Source: Eledone cirrhosa (Eukaryota). From it: DNA of 64,000 nucleotides. The notes below the pieces were generated by a model, which was given only the letters and a program-made list of their open reading frames with translations, searched no databases and was not told the origin of the DNA. Within the stretch, counting starts at the first letter, position 1; each line of letters starts with the position of its first letter. Positions 26,460 through 42,862 of the stretch are shown here, one piece after another. The DNA is taken from positions 32,736,001 through 32,800,000 of the forward strand of contig OZ024756.1 in assembly GCA_964016885.1 (NCBI GenBank). The letters are read 5' to 3'. The translations under genes were made by a program, and so were the position numbers.

Positions 26460-27500
26460 CAAGCAGGAGGGGTCGTTGGCAGTGTGTTCAGTTCGTGAGT
26501 GCTAGGTTGTAGGATCTATTCTCGACAGTGTGACTTTAATGAAGACAATATTTTTCATGTTGCTCCGATATACTCATATGAGAAAACTAGTTCTATCTGT
26601 ATTTCAAAGGTCCAGCTTTGTCATACATTGTTATGTTGCGTTCCGTTTGATAACTTTATTGATAATATATTTTAGCTGTGGAATTTACCGCAAGGTCTGT
26701 ATTAATTTCACGAACTGGCTGTTCTCTTGTTCAGTTCATTTGTTCAACCAACTGCAAAGATGTCGTTTGAACTCCTTTTTTTTGTAAACTAACAAGTGTT
26801 TAACATGTGATTATACAAAGATTTAGACTTTATTTGTAACGGTAAGAAAAACATGGTTTTGAAGAAACATACCTAATCACTTAAACATGATTGCGCCTAG
26901 ATGATAACCATTTTGCAACTGCTTTCGCCTTTATAGCTTGAATATCAGCCATACTATTATTTGCGCCATTATTACCATTTAAATGAAACGTAAGACATTC
27001 AGTTCTGTTTTGTGTGTCATGGCTTTACTATTTATTTGTTGTTTCAAGCTGGTGGGTTGATGAAGGGTTGTTATTCAGTTATTTGGGCTGCTGTTAAGTT
27101 CTTGGTAAATATCATGCATTTAAGAAAAAAGTCAACAAAAAATTCGTAGCAAGAGAACTATTAAAATACCATTGTTTATAACAGACAGAAATATTAGCAA
27201 TTACTATGACAAGCGTAAGTTGTATATGTAAATATGTTAGAAATAAAATGTTAGTCATGTCTACCATGTTGAGTCGGTCGTACTGGATTACATTAACTTA
27301 TATAATTTGGCAATGTATGTAAGCACGCACACACGCACACAAACACACGCACACACACACATATATATATATAAATACGTATGCGTCTGTGTATTTGTTC
27401 GTTTTCTTGTTTGTTTGTTTTTTTTTCATTTCTATATATCTTATTTCGTGCACTTCATTATATACAGTATATTAAGATTAATTACTGGATATATATATAT

Positions 27501-27584
<84 letters not shown>

Positions 27585-28145
27585 TCGTATGTAAGTTTTC
27601 TGCCTTAAATGTGATGTGTTAAATGGCTGCATGTGGGGACGTGTAGGAGACATTATCATACTGGAGTAAGTACCTTGTGGTATTTGTACCTGTTTCCTGT
27701 GGTCTGTGTTCAAATTCCATTCATTGTCGATAAAATATATTACTCATGCGGGACTGTTGCTTGTGGCGGAACCGGCAGAGCGTTTACCAAGATGTATTGG
27801 GAAATGTATTCCAGGAACTTTAAAATAGGAGCTTATATCCCACTGTGGTATATGTGGTTGTTAAGCCTATACTCTTCTCTCAAATGGTGTAGCCTTAATA
27901 TATGGAGATGTGGTGTCGTTAGTGGAATGAAGGTTGCTGTGAATACTCAGTAAAATCACCCTCATAGCAGTGTCCTCCTCACTGGCAGCTAGAAGGGGTA
28001 TCCATGTAAAATGCGAAGACTTTGTAATATTTCATCTTCAGAAAATATCTCTAATATATCATTCACATATAATAAATTCACAGTCAGTTAATATTTTTCG
28101 ATGTATTATGCAGAAACAGAAATATATGTAGATGTATGCATATAG

Positions 28146-28179
<34 letters not shown>

Positions 28180-28185
<6 letters not shown>

Positions 28186-28513
28186 GTGAAGTTTTTTTTA
28201 CAAAATGAAAAATAACCGAGGTGTCCTACACGAGTGGAAGTATAAAGAAAAAGAGATGAAATCGAAAATGCAACTGAAGTCTTATTTTTTTTTTAAATAT
28301 ATATATTTATTTGGTTCCTTTACCGGTTTCGCAGTTCTTCTGCTTTTCAAAAGGTGAGTTGAGATGGAGGGTCTGTGAGAAAAACCACAGACCCTCCATC
28401 TCAACAGCTTTTGAAAAGCAGAAGAACTGCGAAACCGGTAAAGGAACCAAATAAATATATATATTTTAAAAAAAAATAAGACTTCAGTTGCATTTTCGAT
28501 TTCATCTCTTTTT

Positions 28514-28520
<7 letters not shown>
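28180..28520. mobile_element. Family D asymmetric fold-back with two U3-A8 hammerhead motifs
   Basis: 28241-28377 is inverted against 28386-28520; the left arm has about 60 extra nt. Motifs (c)CTT-TTGAAAA-GCAGaagaaCTGC-GAAA-CCGG-TA-AAG(g) at 28408-28443 (+) and 28317-28354 (-). Confidence 0.9.
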
Positions 28521-28580
<60 letters not shown>

Positions 28581-28797
28581 GTGGGTGTGGGTATATGTGT
28601 GTGTGTGCGTGATAAAATTGTGAAGACAGGGATCGAGTTTCCCATACTTCAGTATATAACGACCATAATGTACCTCATCGTCAGGCAGTATTTCACTCAC
28701 AATGTTGGTGATGTGCAAGCTATATAATGCTGGTTGTTGATTGTCCACATTCTATTCAACTTAAATATATATACTCATCTCTCTCTGTCTCTCTCAA

Positions 28798-28879
<82 letters not shown>

Positions 28880-29221
28880 CATTTATATACATATGTGTAT
28901 ATATATATATGTGTATATATATATATGTTTACACATATATATATACACACACACATACACACACACATACACACATATATATATATATACATACATCTTT
29001 TATGTATAAATGTGTGCGCGTTTCAGTATATATACATACTAATATATTTAGGTGAATAAATATTGACATAGATATATACTGTTACTAGCCGGGAAAGCGT
29101 ACCTTAAATGACAATGGTGGTGGTGGTGATGATGATGATGATGATGGGTATATTCTTTGCTGAAATCATGCCGTCTTATTTCATATTATATAATATGTAT
29201 ATATAATTATGTATACATATC

Positions 29222-29277
<56 letters not shown>

Positions 29278-29309
29278 GATGCATATATATTTATATATAT
29301 GCATATATA

Positions 29310-29443
<134 letters not shown>

Positions 29444-29453
29444 TATAAATATA

Positions 29454-29499
<46 letters not shown>

Positions 29500-29538
29500 T
29501 ATAAATATATATTTATATATATACATATTTATATGTAC

Positions 29539-29572
<34 letters not shown>

Positions 29573-30038
29573 GTACATATATGCATATATATTATTATTA
29601 TTATTATTATTATTTATATATTTGTATATGTAGGAATATATCCATACATATTCCCAACGTATTTTACACGGTCACGTCCAATTCGATTTTCGTGTCGTCC
29701 ATTAGCTTTTAAAATATATTAACTTTACTGCGTATCGCTAAGTCATATATTCGATTGATCGGCCATATTGTATGCAAACATTCGGTCTCAGAAGACATTT
29801 GTCTATGCAGTGTAAGTTTTATAGGTTGCCTGCCTGTATTACAGTCTCTGGCTTTTAAATGCCATCATTCTCTGCTCCTTCATCGCGTATATTTTTCTTT
29901 TTCTATAACGTTCTCTCTCTTGTTTCCTCCCTCTCACCCCTCTTTCCCTCTCGCCTTCTAACACTCATTTTCTTATTTTTGCCTCACTACTTCCATATTA
30001 CTCTTTACGTCTTCCTCTATTTTAATACTCTTTCACCC

Positions 30039-30131
<93 letters not shown>

Positions 30132-30184
30132 ATATATTTATCAATACATACATACACAAACCCATATATATGTGTGTATACGTT

Positions 30185-30285
<101 letters not shown>

Positions 30286-30355
30286 GTATATATGTATATA
30301 TAAATATACATACATATATAAATATAATGTACACACACACACGCACAAACGCACC

Positions 30356-30420
<65 letters not shown>

Positions 30421-30592
30421 CACTTTACTTACCAAGTCACCAATCTTGGCTGGTATCACATTCCCTCTATCTACAGTCTTCCCCTGCCATCGCAATACAA
30501 ACATCTCTAAACCATTTTCATCTCCGATTGAATTAAGAAAATAGTAAATATTTAAACTCTATGACATAATCACATACGGACACAGCGTACTG

Positions 30593-30668
<76 letters not shown>

Positions 30669-30779
30669 CTTCTCACATTCTGCCACTACCGCCACCGCAC
30701 GGCGGCATGCTTGCACATTTGTATGTACATTATATATATCTATCCCTCTCTCTCTCTCACTATATATATATATATATAT

Positions 30780-30981
30780 AGGAACGAGTAGGACCCCGAC
30801 AGCTGAGCTCAAGCCGTTTCGACGGCTAATTCTGGACCAATTTCGCGCCAGAATTACCCGTCGAAACGACTTGAGCTCAGCCGTCTGGGTCCTACTCGTT
30901 CCCATTACCCACTCTACTACACTAAGTATTGAGTACTTTGGTGCGTTATGGTCCACCTGGTTCCTTACCACATTTCTTTCG

Positions 30982-30983
<2 letters not shown>
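30780..30983. mobile_element. Family B fold-back
   Basis: Arms ggaacgagtaggacc...aattctgg / ccagaatt...ctcgttcc; the long arm runs to ttcgtt(TA)n. Confidence 0.9.
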
Positions 30984-31077
<94 letters not shown>

Positions 31078-31673
31078 GTACATATATATACATATCTCTC
31101 TCTAATAGTGTACCACTATTCTCTCCCTATTATGTATAATATACGCCCAACCCCTTCACTTTCTCACCCAGCTCCAATCTTTCTATAGATATCCCCTATA
31201 CATTAAACTATACATTACCAACAGAAACCTATTGCGGTCATTATTGAAAATAACTAGTTTTCTTTCTATTTATTCAATATATCACAATTGATTTTAAAAC
31301 GATATGAAGCCACAATAAATATTGCCAGTATTAAACACACTCAATCTCAACCGTACACATTATATGCACACATACACACCTACACACATATATATATATA
31401 TCCAAAAAAACATACACTCACGCACATATACATCATATATCTATCAATTTATCTATGTATGCGTGTATTTGTGCATACATTTCTTAGATAAACACGCACA
31501 TACAAGCAGATACATAGACATGTGTGTGTGTGTTTGGTCAGGTATTTCTGTGTATGTGTGCACACATACACAAACACGCACTCATATACACACGCACAGA
31601 CACACATTTTCACACACTGATATACACACACAGACATTCACACATGCTAGCGTGGAAGATGGCCGTTAAACGA

Positions 31674-31711
<38 letters not shown>

Positions 31712-33400
31712 TAAAAGAGAAAACACAGGTAAGCATTAAGAGAAGAATTTTATCCAGGTATTTACGACCGTTTCATTGGTAAGTGCAACCTTATATTGCT
31801 ATACTACAAATAGCAGCCACTCAATTATAATTGTTGTTCCCAGTCCAAATTTTCAAAATTTGGACTGTGAACTATATATATATATATATAAATGGATGGA
31901 TGCATTTTAATATTTCATGTATTTTCTTGTTATTTCTTTCTCCATCATTAGTGCTGAGGTAATATTACGGGAACGTCGTTTACTACAATACCCTAACACA
32001 ACTATATTTGTCTCGCCGTCTTTTTGTTATATCCATTCTCACGGCAAGGAGAGTTCTCAGTCCTCACATTCCTTTGTACTGAATAATTTTAGGTGATAGT
32101 ATTTTCTGAATTAGCCTAAATTCGCCCATACTTTATGATCATTGCACATTTGTGTTAATCATACAGTGTATCCTCCATTTTCCTCTATTTAAGACTAGTC
32201 TATACAATGTATGTGCTGACGCCTGGCTTAGTGGGTTGTGTGCTTGTCTCATAATGTTATCATTATAAAGCACGATAAACTGCGGTGCGTTGTGTGGCCG
32301 ATGTAAACTATTCTATACTTTACATTTCCCAAGTCTATTCAGTTAAAAAAAAATGGGCTGTCACTATGATTGGTATGACCAACTCTGTCCACCAGGGTGA
32401 ATCTTTTCGCACATGTGGCAGTGTACACGTGCCTCTGGAATACTTTGTTTTCTCGAGCAGCTGTTCTTCATCAGCTGTCGTCGAAATCTACGGAGATCCT
32501 TCATATATAAGTTGTAAAATGTGTCGTCTAATCTTGAACTATTTTATATAACATGTCAGCCAGACATTTTTTAGACGTCGAATGATCACGTAGATGACAC
32601 AATATTGGCTCCTGTTAAATGCGAAGCATTTATGTAGCTGTGCCTGGAAAACCCGAAACGGTACTTTAACTCAAACCTCATTCATTTGTGTTAATTTGCA
32701 GAATATTTGTGACAGGAAATGTTTGCATTAATTTGAGCCGCTTTAAGAGTTGGCACAATCAGAAGCGATATTCAATGATGCTTATGATGTTGTCACATTT
32801 CCTCTTCAATTCCCAGATATGGTCAGATAACGTTGTAGCATTATACGTAGTTGGATTTGCGGAAGCCGCTAGTATATCGTCTTTATATTGTAGGTAATTA
32901 TTTCTCTGTCAATCAGATTTAGCTAGCCTGTTTACTGTCTCTAGTAGTTTTAGACTCTGGCACGATATGCATTAGCTTTCTTTTGGTATTTACTGTTGAC
33001 TGGGCAGTTGCCTGGGACGTGGCAATTGCATTTAATGTTCATCTGGTTTACGTCAAGCATTATTTTCTGCTTCTACATTTGAATAATAGTTTCTATATTA
33101 GACATGTGATTTTGGCTATCTTACACGTTTGCAACTGTCTGTTAGATAAATTGTCGTACATATGTTCAGATATATACATCTGCGTATACACCAATATAAG
33201 GATGTAAATATAAATATCTATATGTACATACGCATATATACATGAATATCCGAGTATAAATTTGTACATATGTATGTACGTAAAGCTAAATACGTATTCA
33301 TAAATGTATAAATCAATGTGTATATGTGTACATTCCATTCACAACACTATATGTATTAAGATATATATACATGTGTGTGTGTGTATGTGTGCGTATGTAT

Positions 33401-33537
<137 letters not shown>

Positions 33538-33554
33538 ATATATATATATATGTA

Positions 33555-33603
<49 letters not shown>

Positions 33604-33630
33604 ATATATATATATATGTATATATACATG

Positions 33631-33761
<131 letters not shown>

Positions 33762-33762
33762 G

Positions 33763-33900
<138 letters not shown>

Positions 33901-34022
33901 GCGATGAAATACCAGTGATGGTTGGCAAATCACTGATGAGGGACTAATTTTATAATATGTAATCCATGTGAAACCATGCAGTATTCTTCGCCCCTTGTTT
34001 TTCATATATATATATATATATA

Positions 34023-34184
34023 TCCAGAAAGAAGAGTGACCCGGTTTGCGATACAAAAAAGGTTTTAAATCACTTTGCTGACAATTGTTTCTCTGAACAG
34101 GTAGGTCTAGAGATCGCTACCCCACTGTTTTCGCGTCAAACGATCAACAATACATACTTGTAACCAGTCACTCTTCTTTCTTGA
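34023..34184. mobile_element. Diverged fold-back with decayed hammerhead
   Basis: tccagaaagaagagtgac / gtcactcttctttcttga are inverted. The minus strand has GAAAC-AATT-GTC at 34080-34091 after an AACAG..GTAG/CTAC-CTGTT stem. Confidence 0.55.
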
Positions 34185-34494
34185 TTTATCATTATTCCAA
34201 GTGTAAACAACATAGAAATCACCGCGTACTCGCAGCTTCACTATGGAAACGCCTTGCGTTGATGCAATCCACTACTCGGAGTACCCTAACTGGACTACAC
34301 CTAAGTGGACAACCTATAACAATAATATGTTATCCCGTATATATATACATATATAAATATATATATATATAAATATATATATATATAAATCTCTCTCTCT
34401 ATACATATAATATTTTTATAATTATCTCTCTAATATATATAGCATTTGTATATTCATCTATATATTGTATTTTTCTATCTATCTATATATATTT

Positions 34495-34609
<115 letters not shown>

Positions 34610-34728
34610 CTCCATATATAGTATCTATTTATACATCTGTATGCATACACACATAGATATTAATGCATATGGACACACACACACACTCACACACATGCAA
34701 ACCCAAACATACATATATATATATATAT

Positions 34729-34950
34729 AACGAAGGAAATGTGGTAAGGAACCAGGTGGACCATAACGCACCAAAGTACTCAATACTTAGTGTAGTAGAG
34801 TGGGTAATAGGAACGAGTAGGACCCCGACGGCTGAGCTCAAGCCGTTTCGACGGCTAATTCTGGACTAAATGAATTTTTTATCCTGGATAAACATTTTCA
34901 GAATTAGCCGTCGAAACGGCTTGAGCTCAGCCGTCGGGGTCCTACTCGTT

Positions 34951-34952
<2 letters not shown>
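34729..34952. mobile_element. Family B fold-back
   Basis: Long left arm from aacgaaggaaatgtgg; short right arm ending ctcgttcc(TA)n. Confidence 0.92.
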
Positions 34953-35005
<53 letters not shown>

Positions 35006-35911
35006 ATTCCAAGATCTAGCAAACCTACTATTATCGATGATTCAGCTACGACAGGTTTTTGTTATTTTTGTTCACATATTATCTTGAAGTTTATATTCTA
35101 ACCCACTATACTCTATATTTATTTAATGTAGTTTTAATCTGATACAAAAATGTCATTTATGAGATAAAGGGCTTTTCTAACTTTACTGGTTCACCCAATT
35201 TCGCTGCCGTTATTATGTTGTTCTCGTTGTTGTTATTTATTCGGTGGATTGGCAGAATCATTGGGGCGTCAGACGAAAGATATTATGGTATTTAGTTTCG
35301 GACTTTTAGTTCCTGAGTTGAACGCCTCTCAAGAGCAATTTTGCCTTTCGACTTTCCTGGGTCAATAAAATGATATACAATTACGTACTGCTGTCGATGT
35401 ATTCCATGTTTTTCTCCAGATAAATTGTTGGATTTAAATTAGAACTCGATATTTAGAAACCTCTTCCTATTTTGGTTAAGTAGACCAATGTGCAACCTAC
35501 CTCATCTTTAACGAGAACCGGCCGAAATGTTTATAGGCAGACAACACTAGTCTCGTGGAATGATAAAATGATGTTAATTTTTTCACATAGACCCTGGAAA
35601 GAAACAATACAGTTATTAATAAGAAGGGTTAAATATTTATCCAACATTTCACAGCTCAAATATCACTCCTTCATAGTCAGCCTATTACACCTTTAGCCTA
35701 CTCTTGTATTCAATGGTGATATGTCTACTTTTACTTCACCCTATGAGTTATCAATTGATTATATTCAATAAGGATGCCTAGAGTGATTTGATTTGTCCTA
35801 ATTGTCAGAGAGGGGTTTACTTATAAATATACACAGGCATAATGTCTGACTTTATTATAATATTAGTTCCGATATACCCACATACATATATACGTACATA
35901 CGTACATACGT

Positions 35912-36020
35912 TTGTATGTATGTATGTATGTATGTATGTATGTATGTATGTATGTATGTATGTATGTATGTATGTATGTATGTATGTATGAATGTATGCA
36001 TGCATGTATGTATGTATATA
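35912..36020. repeat. (GTAT)n tetranucleotide repeat
   Basis: Direct inspection. Confidence 0.95.
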
Positions 36021-36477
36021 TGTACGTACGACGAATGCACGTATGTATGAATGCGTTTTTGTAGAAAATATAATATTTTGAACATGACAAGATTTTAATA
36101 CAATAAATAATTGATATTAGAGATATTGAAGAGTAGTAATCCATTTCGTATTTATTAGCAGCAATATTGTTAGTTATCATCATATACTGTATTTTCTCTG
36201 ATGATTTAACCGACCGTTGCGAGTATTACTGACAAACACACATATTCATGCTGTGTGGTTAGATAACTATATCCGTTACACGTGTGACCATATGACTAAT
36301 TTCATTTGTGCACTTTCACTAAATGAATCTACTAATTGTTTTCCCATGGTATGGTATTGTATGGTATTATATGGCATGGTCCCGTAACTTCTGATAGCAT
36401 CATAGGAGCGCCGGATTGACATACGGCGTTTCCTGGGCATATTAAGCCTGGCGGAGAACCCCCCCCCCCCCCTCCAA

Positions 36478-36650
36478 GCCTGAGTACAGCAGATTTCTTC
36501 CAGAGAGAGGAGGAATCGACCATAGTGCTAGAATGGTACTTTTTTTTATAGACATCGAAAGGATAAAAATCAAAGTTGACCCCGGCGGGTTTTGAGAGCA
36601 GCGAGCCGGAACTAATACCATGAAGCATTCTATCCGAGGTTTCAACGTAG
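36478..36650 (-). mobile_element. SINE family 1 variant with alternative tail
   Basis: gcctgagtacagca..ttcttccaga..gaatcgacc.tagt and aagcattctatccga are shared with 51643-51830. Confidence 0.65.
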
Positions 36651-36793
36651 AAATGGCTATGCAGTTAAGGAGCTTGCCTCACAAACAACCACGGAGTTTC
36701 ACGGTCTGTTCTGCTCTGTGGAGCCTTGTGAAAATGTTTTCTGTAACTTCATGCTTACTCATGTCTTTTGGTAGACTAAACATATGTAGAAGC

Positions 36794-36868
<75 letters not shown>

Positions 36869-36978
36869 GCATATAAATGTGTATATATTTATTCATATAT
36901 AAATATATCATAAATACAATCACAACACAATTGCATGTTACTACAGTTTTCAATACCTACTTCAGCATCAGTCAGAGT

Positions 36979-37138
36979 GACACTATCTATGCTAGTATTG
37001 CTTAACTGTCAGGCAAGACATTAGATTGCCGACGTTACGTTATACATGATATTCCGTCAGCCATGTTATCTTTTTCTGCGTGCGATGTGGGCGAGACCAC
37101 GCATATATGGTAAATACAGCACTAGCATAGATAGTGTC
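36979..37138. mobile_element. MITE candidate
   Basis: Perfect 18-bp inverted ends gacactatctatgctagt / actagcatagatagtgtc around unique sequence; no clear target-site duplication. Confidence 0.4.
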
Positions 37139-37994
37139 TATATGACCTATGTTAGAGTAAGCTTTGAAAACTTAAGTGGGACAAAACTCTTGAAAAAGTA
37201 TTTATAAAAATATGTGAGTCTGTACATGACACAGAGCTCAACCTTTCTTTTATCTATTTTACGGAAACCATTGACATTGTATATCCCTAAATAAGGAGTA
37301 GATTCGCAAATATAACTATTAGGGTTGACGTTATCGTTTAAAGATATTTTGGGTACATTGTTTTACTCTTATGCCTAAATCATTTAAAAGAATCAAGCAA
37401 TTAATTCTAGAAGGAACACCTATTAAAACTAGAACGACCATCTTTAAATGAAATTCTAAATAGATTTATTTCAATCAAATTTCAAGATATTTATAAACGA
37501 ACATCTTAATGATTAAGCCTTGGTTCCATCACAAAATTCTGTTGCATTTGCAGAATTTTATACAATTATTAAATATGTCATAGCCTTTCTCCTTTTGTAT
37601 GAATGAAACGGCAGATATTGTTTAATTTATCATATGTGTATAATCTTGTATTCATATACAACTAAAAGCATTATGAATACATATACAATTATGTATACAT
37701 ATTTTGTATATGATGTTAAAATTATCGTGAATATGTATTTAAGTGTATATGTATTTATGCGTATGGTGTTAAAATGATCATGTATTTGTAAGCATGTGTA
37801 TGATGTTAAAATGATCATGCATTCGTGTGTATGAAGCTATTCGTATTTCTTTGAAAAGAATGCAACTTCCCTTTACAACTGGAACAATATTTGAATTGTA
37901 TTGGACAAAAGGAGAGAGTGGGAAATGATGAATTAAATGAATTTTAATAATAGCCAAAATCATTTGTATTGCAATAAGTGTGCTTTTATATATA

Positions 37995-38097
<103 letters not shown>

Positions 38098-38316
38098 GTG
38101 TGTGTGTGTGTGTTTTATTCTAATTACAATAGATTGAGCTTAATGGATGAAATATGCGTAGACTTATCAATACTTAGAAATAAACTTCGTAATTCGTAGA
38201 AAGTCTATTGAATCAATAATTCAAAAGATGTGAGAACGGTACATGTGCAGAAATCTCACATTTTGTTAAAGAGAATAAATCTCACTGTTTTCATGCGCAT
38301 ATATGCATATACGTAT

Positions 38317-38408
<92 letters not shown>

Positions 38409-38423
38409 ATACATATATATATG

Positions 38424-38462
<39 letters not shown>

Positions 38463-38971
38463 ATGTGCATTTTGCATGTCTGTATATGTGTATGCATATA
38501 TATATATATATCGATACATACACACATATATATGTATAATAAAGAAGTCCATATTCTACCAAAGTATTGTGTACCCTTTTAACTGTGGTTAGTCCTGACA
38601 TAACTCAGGAAACTACACACACATACATACATACACACAGAGTCACGTATAGATATATGTAAACATATATATACGTATGCGTGTGTGATCATTTGTATGA
38701 CTGGGAGACAGTGTACGTAGATTAAGAAAAGAGAGTTTCGTTAACTGCAAATGTATTCCGGATCATTGAATTTAATAGAAAATGTTTCCGAGGATTGAGG
38801 GATATATGTTCGTTACTTCTAAGAGGGCTTGTCATTATGGATAGGCGCGACCCTATTCGATGCTATTATGTTTTGATTGATCCTTCTATTTACGAATTTG
38901 CCTTTCTTTTGTTTGTTTCCAGCAATTTAGCTATAAATATATATTTGCCTTTAACAGACTCACACACAGAT

Positions 38972-39002
<31 letters not shown>

Positions 39003-39515
39003 CATAGCCACATTCATATACGTATGTTTATATAGAAACACATACGTACATATATAATAATTCATATATATACCTAAATACATACACACTTATATTTATA
39101 TATATATATACAGAGAGAGAGAGTGTGAGTCATAAAATACAAATAATAAAATCAATCGCAGGTAGCATAGAAATACACCTGTATGAAAAATTACTGGAAA
39201 ATACATAAAATATATACAACTCCATAAAATCATACTCTGTTGAACACAAAATACGAAGTAAAATAAAATAAAACGTTCGCTATTATAAAATCATGAAATA
39301 TTTCAATGAATAATTTTAAGAGAAAGGGGAGATAAAAGACTCTGTAGGATTTACCCCACTTTGGAGTGCAAGTGGAAAGATACACATTAACGAGCGAGAA
39401 TGTTTATGTTATTCTTATTATTATTAATAAATATATATGAAAAATCATTATTATTAATATTCCGACATCATTTTGTATACCATAGGGGAACATTTCCATT
39501 ACACCTTTAATTGCG

Positions 39516-39575
39516 AATATGCATAGCAAAATATATCGACATTTGCTCAGGTTTACACTAATATATATGAATGCA

Positions 39576-39656
<81 letters not shown>

Positions 39657-39758
39657 ATATGTGTCTGTGTATATATATATGTCTAAACATATATATATAT
39701 ATATACACATATATATATAAATATATGTATATATATGTATATAATATATATTTATATA

Positions 39759-39800
<42 letters not shown>

Positions 39801-39902
39801 TATATAAATATATATTATATACATATATATACATATATTTATATATATATGTGTATATATATATATATATGTTTAGACATATATATATACACAGACACAT
39901 AT

Positions 39903-39991
<89 letters not shown>

Positions 39992-40051
39992 TGCATTCAT
40001 ATATATTAGTGTAAACCTGAGCAAATGTCGATATATTTTGCTATGCATATT
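39516..40051. repeat. Near-perfect palindrome centred on (TA)n
   Basis: Unique 65-nt ends (aatatgcatagcaaaatatatcgacatttgctcaggtttacac...) are exact reverse complements, and the inner interruptions are mirrored too. Confidence 0.9.
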
Positions 40052-40169
40052 ATATATATATATGTATATATGTATATGTATATATGTATATGTATATATA
40101 TATGTATATACTATATATGTATATATATATATGTCTATATATATGTATATGTATATATCTATATATATG

Positions 40170-40203
<34 letters not shown>

Positions 40204-40473
40204 TGTATATATATGTATATATATATATGTATATATATATATGTATATATATAGGTATATATATATAGGTGTATATATGTATATATATATATGTGTGTAT
40301 ATATATAGGTATATATATATATATGTATATATATATATGTATATATATGTATATATATATATATGCATATATACATATGTATATATATGTATATATATAT
40401 ATATACATATATATAGACATATATATATACATATATAGTATATACATATATATATACATATACATATATACAT

Positions 40474-40522
<49 letters not shown>

Positions 40523-40637
40523 TATATAAATATATATTATATACATATATATACATATATTTATATATATATGTGTATATATATATATATATGTTTACAC
40601 ATATATATATACACACACACATATACGTATATATATG

Positions 40638-40670
<33 letters not shown>

Positions 40671-41014
40671 GTATATATATGTATATGTATATATGTATAT
40701 ATATATGTATATATATGTATGTATATATATGTATATATATATATATATGTATATATATATGTATATATACATATGTATATATATATATGTATATATATAT
40801 GCATATGTACATATGTATATATATATATGTATATATATATATATGCATATATACATATGTATAAATATATATATATATGTATATATATATATGTATATGT
40901 ATATATGTATATATATATATATATGTATATATATATGCATATATATATTTATATATATATGTATATATACATATATGTATATATATATGCATACATATAT
41001 GTATATATATGTAT

Positions 41015-41092
<78 letters not shown>

Positions 41093-41146
41093 GCATATAT
41101 ATATGTACATACATATATATATGTATATATATATATATATATATAT

Positions 41147-41217
<71 letters not shown>

Positions 41218-41417
41218 TATATGTGTGTATATATATGTATATATATATGTGTATATGTGTATATATATATATGTGTGTATATATGTATATATATATATAT
41301 GTGTGTATATATGTACATATATATATACATTCATTTTAATATATATGTATATATATATATATACATTCATTTTAATATATATGTATATATATATATGTAT
41401 GTATATATATATGTATG

Positions 41418-41448
<31 letters not shown>

Positions 41449-41474
41449 GTATATATATATATGTATATGTATAT

Positions 41475-41536
<62 letters not shown>
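40052..41536. repeat. 1.5-kb interrupted (TA)n field
   Basis: Direct inspection. Confidence 0.97.
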
Positions 41537-41540
<4 letters not shown>

Positions 41541-42625
41541 CTCGAACAACCCACCAAACAAGATTTTGCAAGTATTTCGAATATATTATATTTTATGTTT
41601 TTATTAGCGTGCCCTATATTATGTATAATGGTTTTTCTTATGTTTACACTTCCGTACCTAAATCTTTTATTGCCGGGCTGCTGATTTAAAATTACATCTG
41701 CGATATATCCATTGAACAATTTTGTGAGTTCTCTATTATTATTATTGTGTAGTAGGAAAATCAATAATCAATATCATTATCGATTATTCCTTTCAAATAA
41801 CTTTTCTAATCAAAATATTGAGCGTGAACGGAAGACGCCGTAGTTGTGTTTATTTTTATGGTCTCTGCTTTGTATTGCATTTGTTTCAACTTCATTCGTA
41901 ATTTGTAGAATATATAAAAATTGATTTGGCACTATATAGATCTGCTCGGATTTCGAAACGATTTCTCATAGAAATCCGTGAGAATCTACAATTTATTAAT
42001 TCCCATTTTTCTCTCTCTCTTTCATCTATTGTATTTTGTCTACAGCAAGTCAGTTCACTGACCTCATTTCTACCCATATTGTAAATATGAGTTACACGAG
42101 CTAACCTCCAGGTCCCTACACAGGCACCTTACAACCAAGAAAGAACAGTTAAATTTAACTTTTTAATCGAAGTGCACCGGTTAGAACAATCCTTACAAAG
42201 CTTCTTTCACTTCACAAATAAACGAATTATACGAGATAACCATCTCCCCTCTACATAGTCGCCCTATATGCAAGAAACAAATCAATACACTTAATCAATA
42301 CACAATTTTTTTAAAAATGTTTAAGGAAAGTGAAATCTGCATTTCATATTACTAAATACCATATAGGTATTGAAGCGTTAGTCATTAGAAAGACAGACAA
42401 TTATTTCCAATATACTTTCAAGCAAGATGCTTATGAGTTCAGATCCGACTCAAGTCAACTTTGCTTTACATACTTTCGAGATTCTTAGAGTTTCCATACT
42501 TTTTCTCTCACATCCTCCCTCTTGCTCTCATCTTATAATAATATTATCGTAATAATAAAAGTGGAGACTAACATCCAAAGAGAGCTCCATAAGCAGCGGT
42601 TCTTTACTTAAACTTTAATCTGTTC

Positions 42626-42688
<63 letters not shown>

Positions 42689-42691
<3 letters not shown>

Positions 42692-42862
42692 TAGAAATGG
42701 CTTCTACAGGACCAGAACTGTTTCATTCGGGAGAAAGCATTAGAGCTTACTGATGATTTCTCTCGAATGAAACATTTCTAGTCCTGTAGAAGCCATTTAT
42801 ATATTAAATATTTATACTCTGCTATGTATTGAGTGGTTACCCCCGATTGAAACCAAGATATC
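42689..42862. mobile_element. Family C fold-back with hammerhead core
   Basis: Right arm CTGATGA(42750)-tttctctcgaat-GAAAC-atttcta-GTC-ctgtagaagcc; the left arm is its reverse complement. Confidence 0.88.

Noticed and set aside
34663-34869. Recurring peptide [20 protein letters not shown]...[11 protein letters not shown]
   Set aside because: It recurs only because family B DNA is repeated; it has no own start codon and lies antisense to the ribozyme strand.
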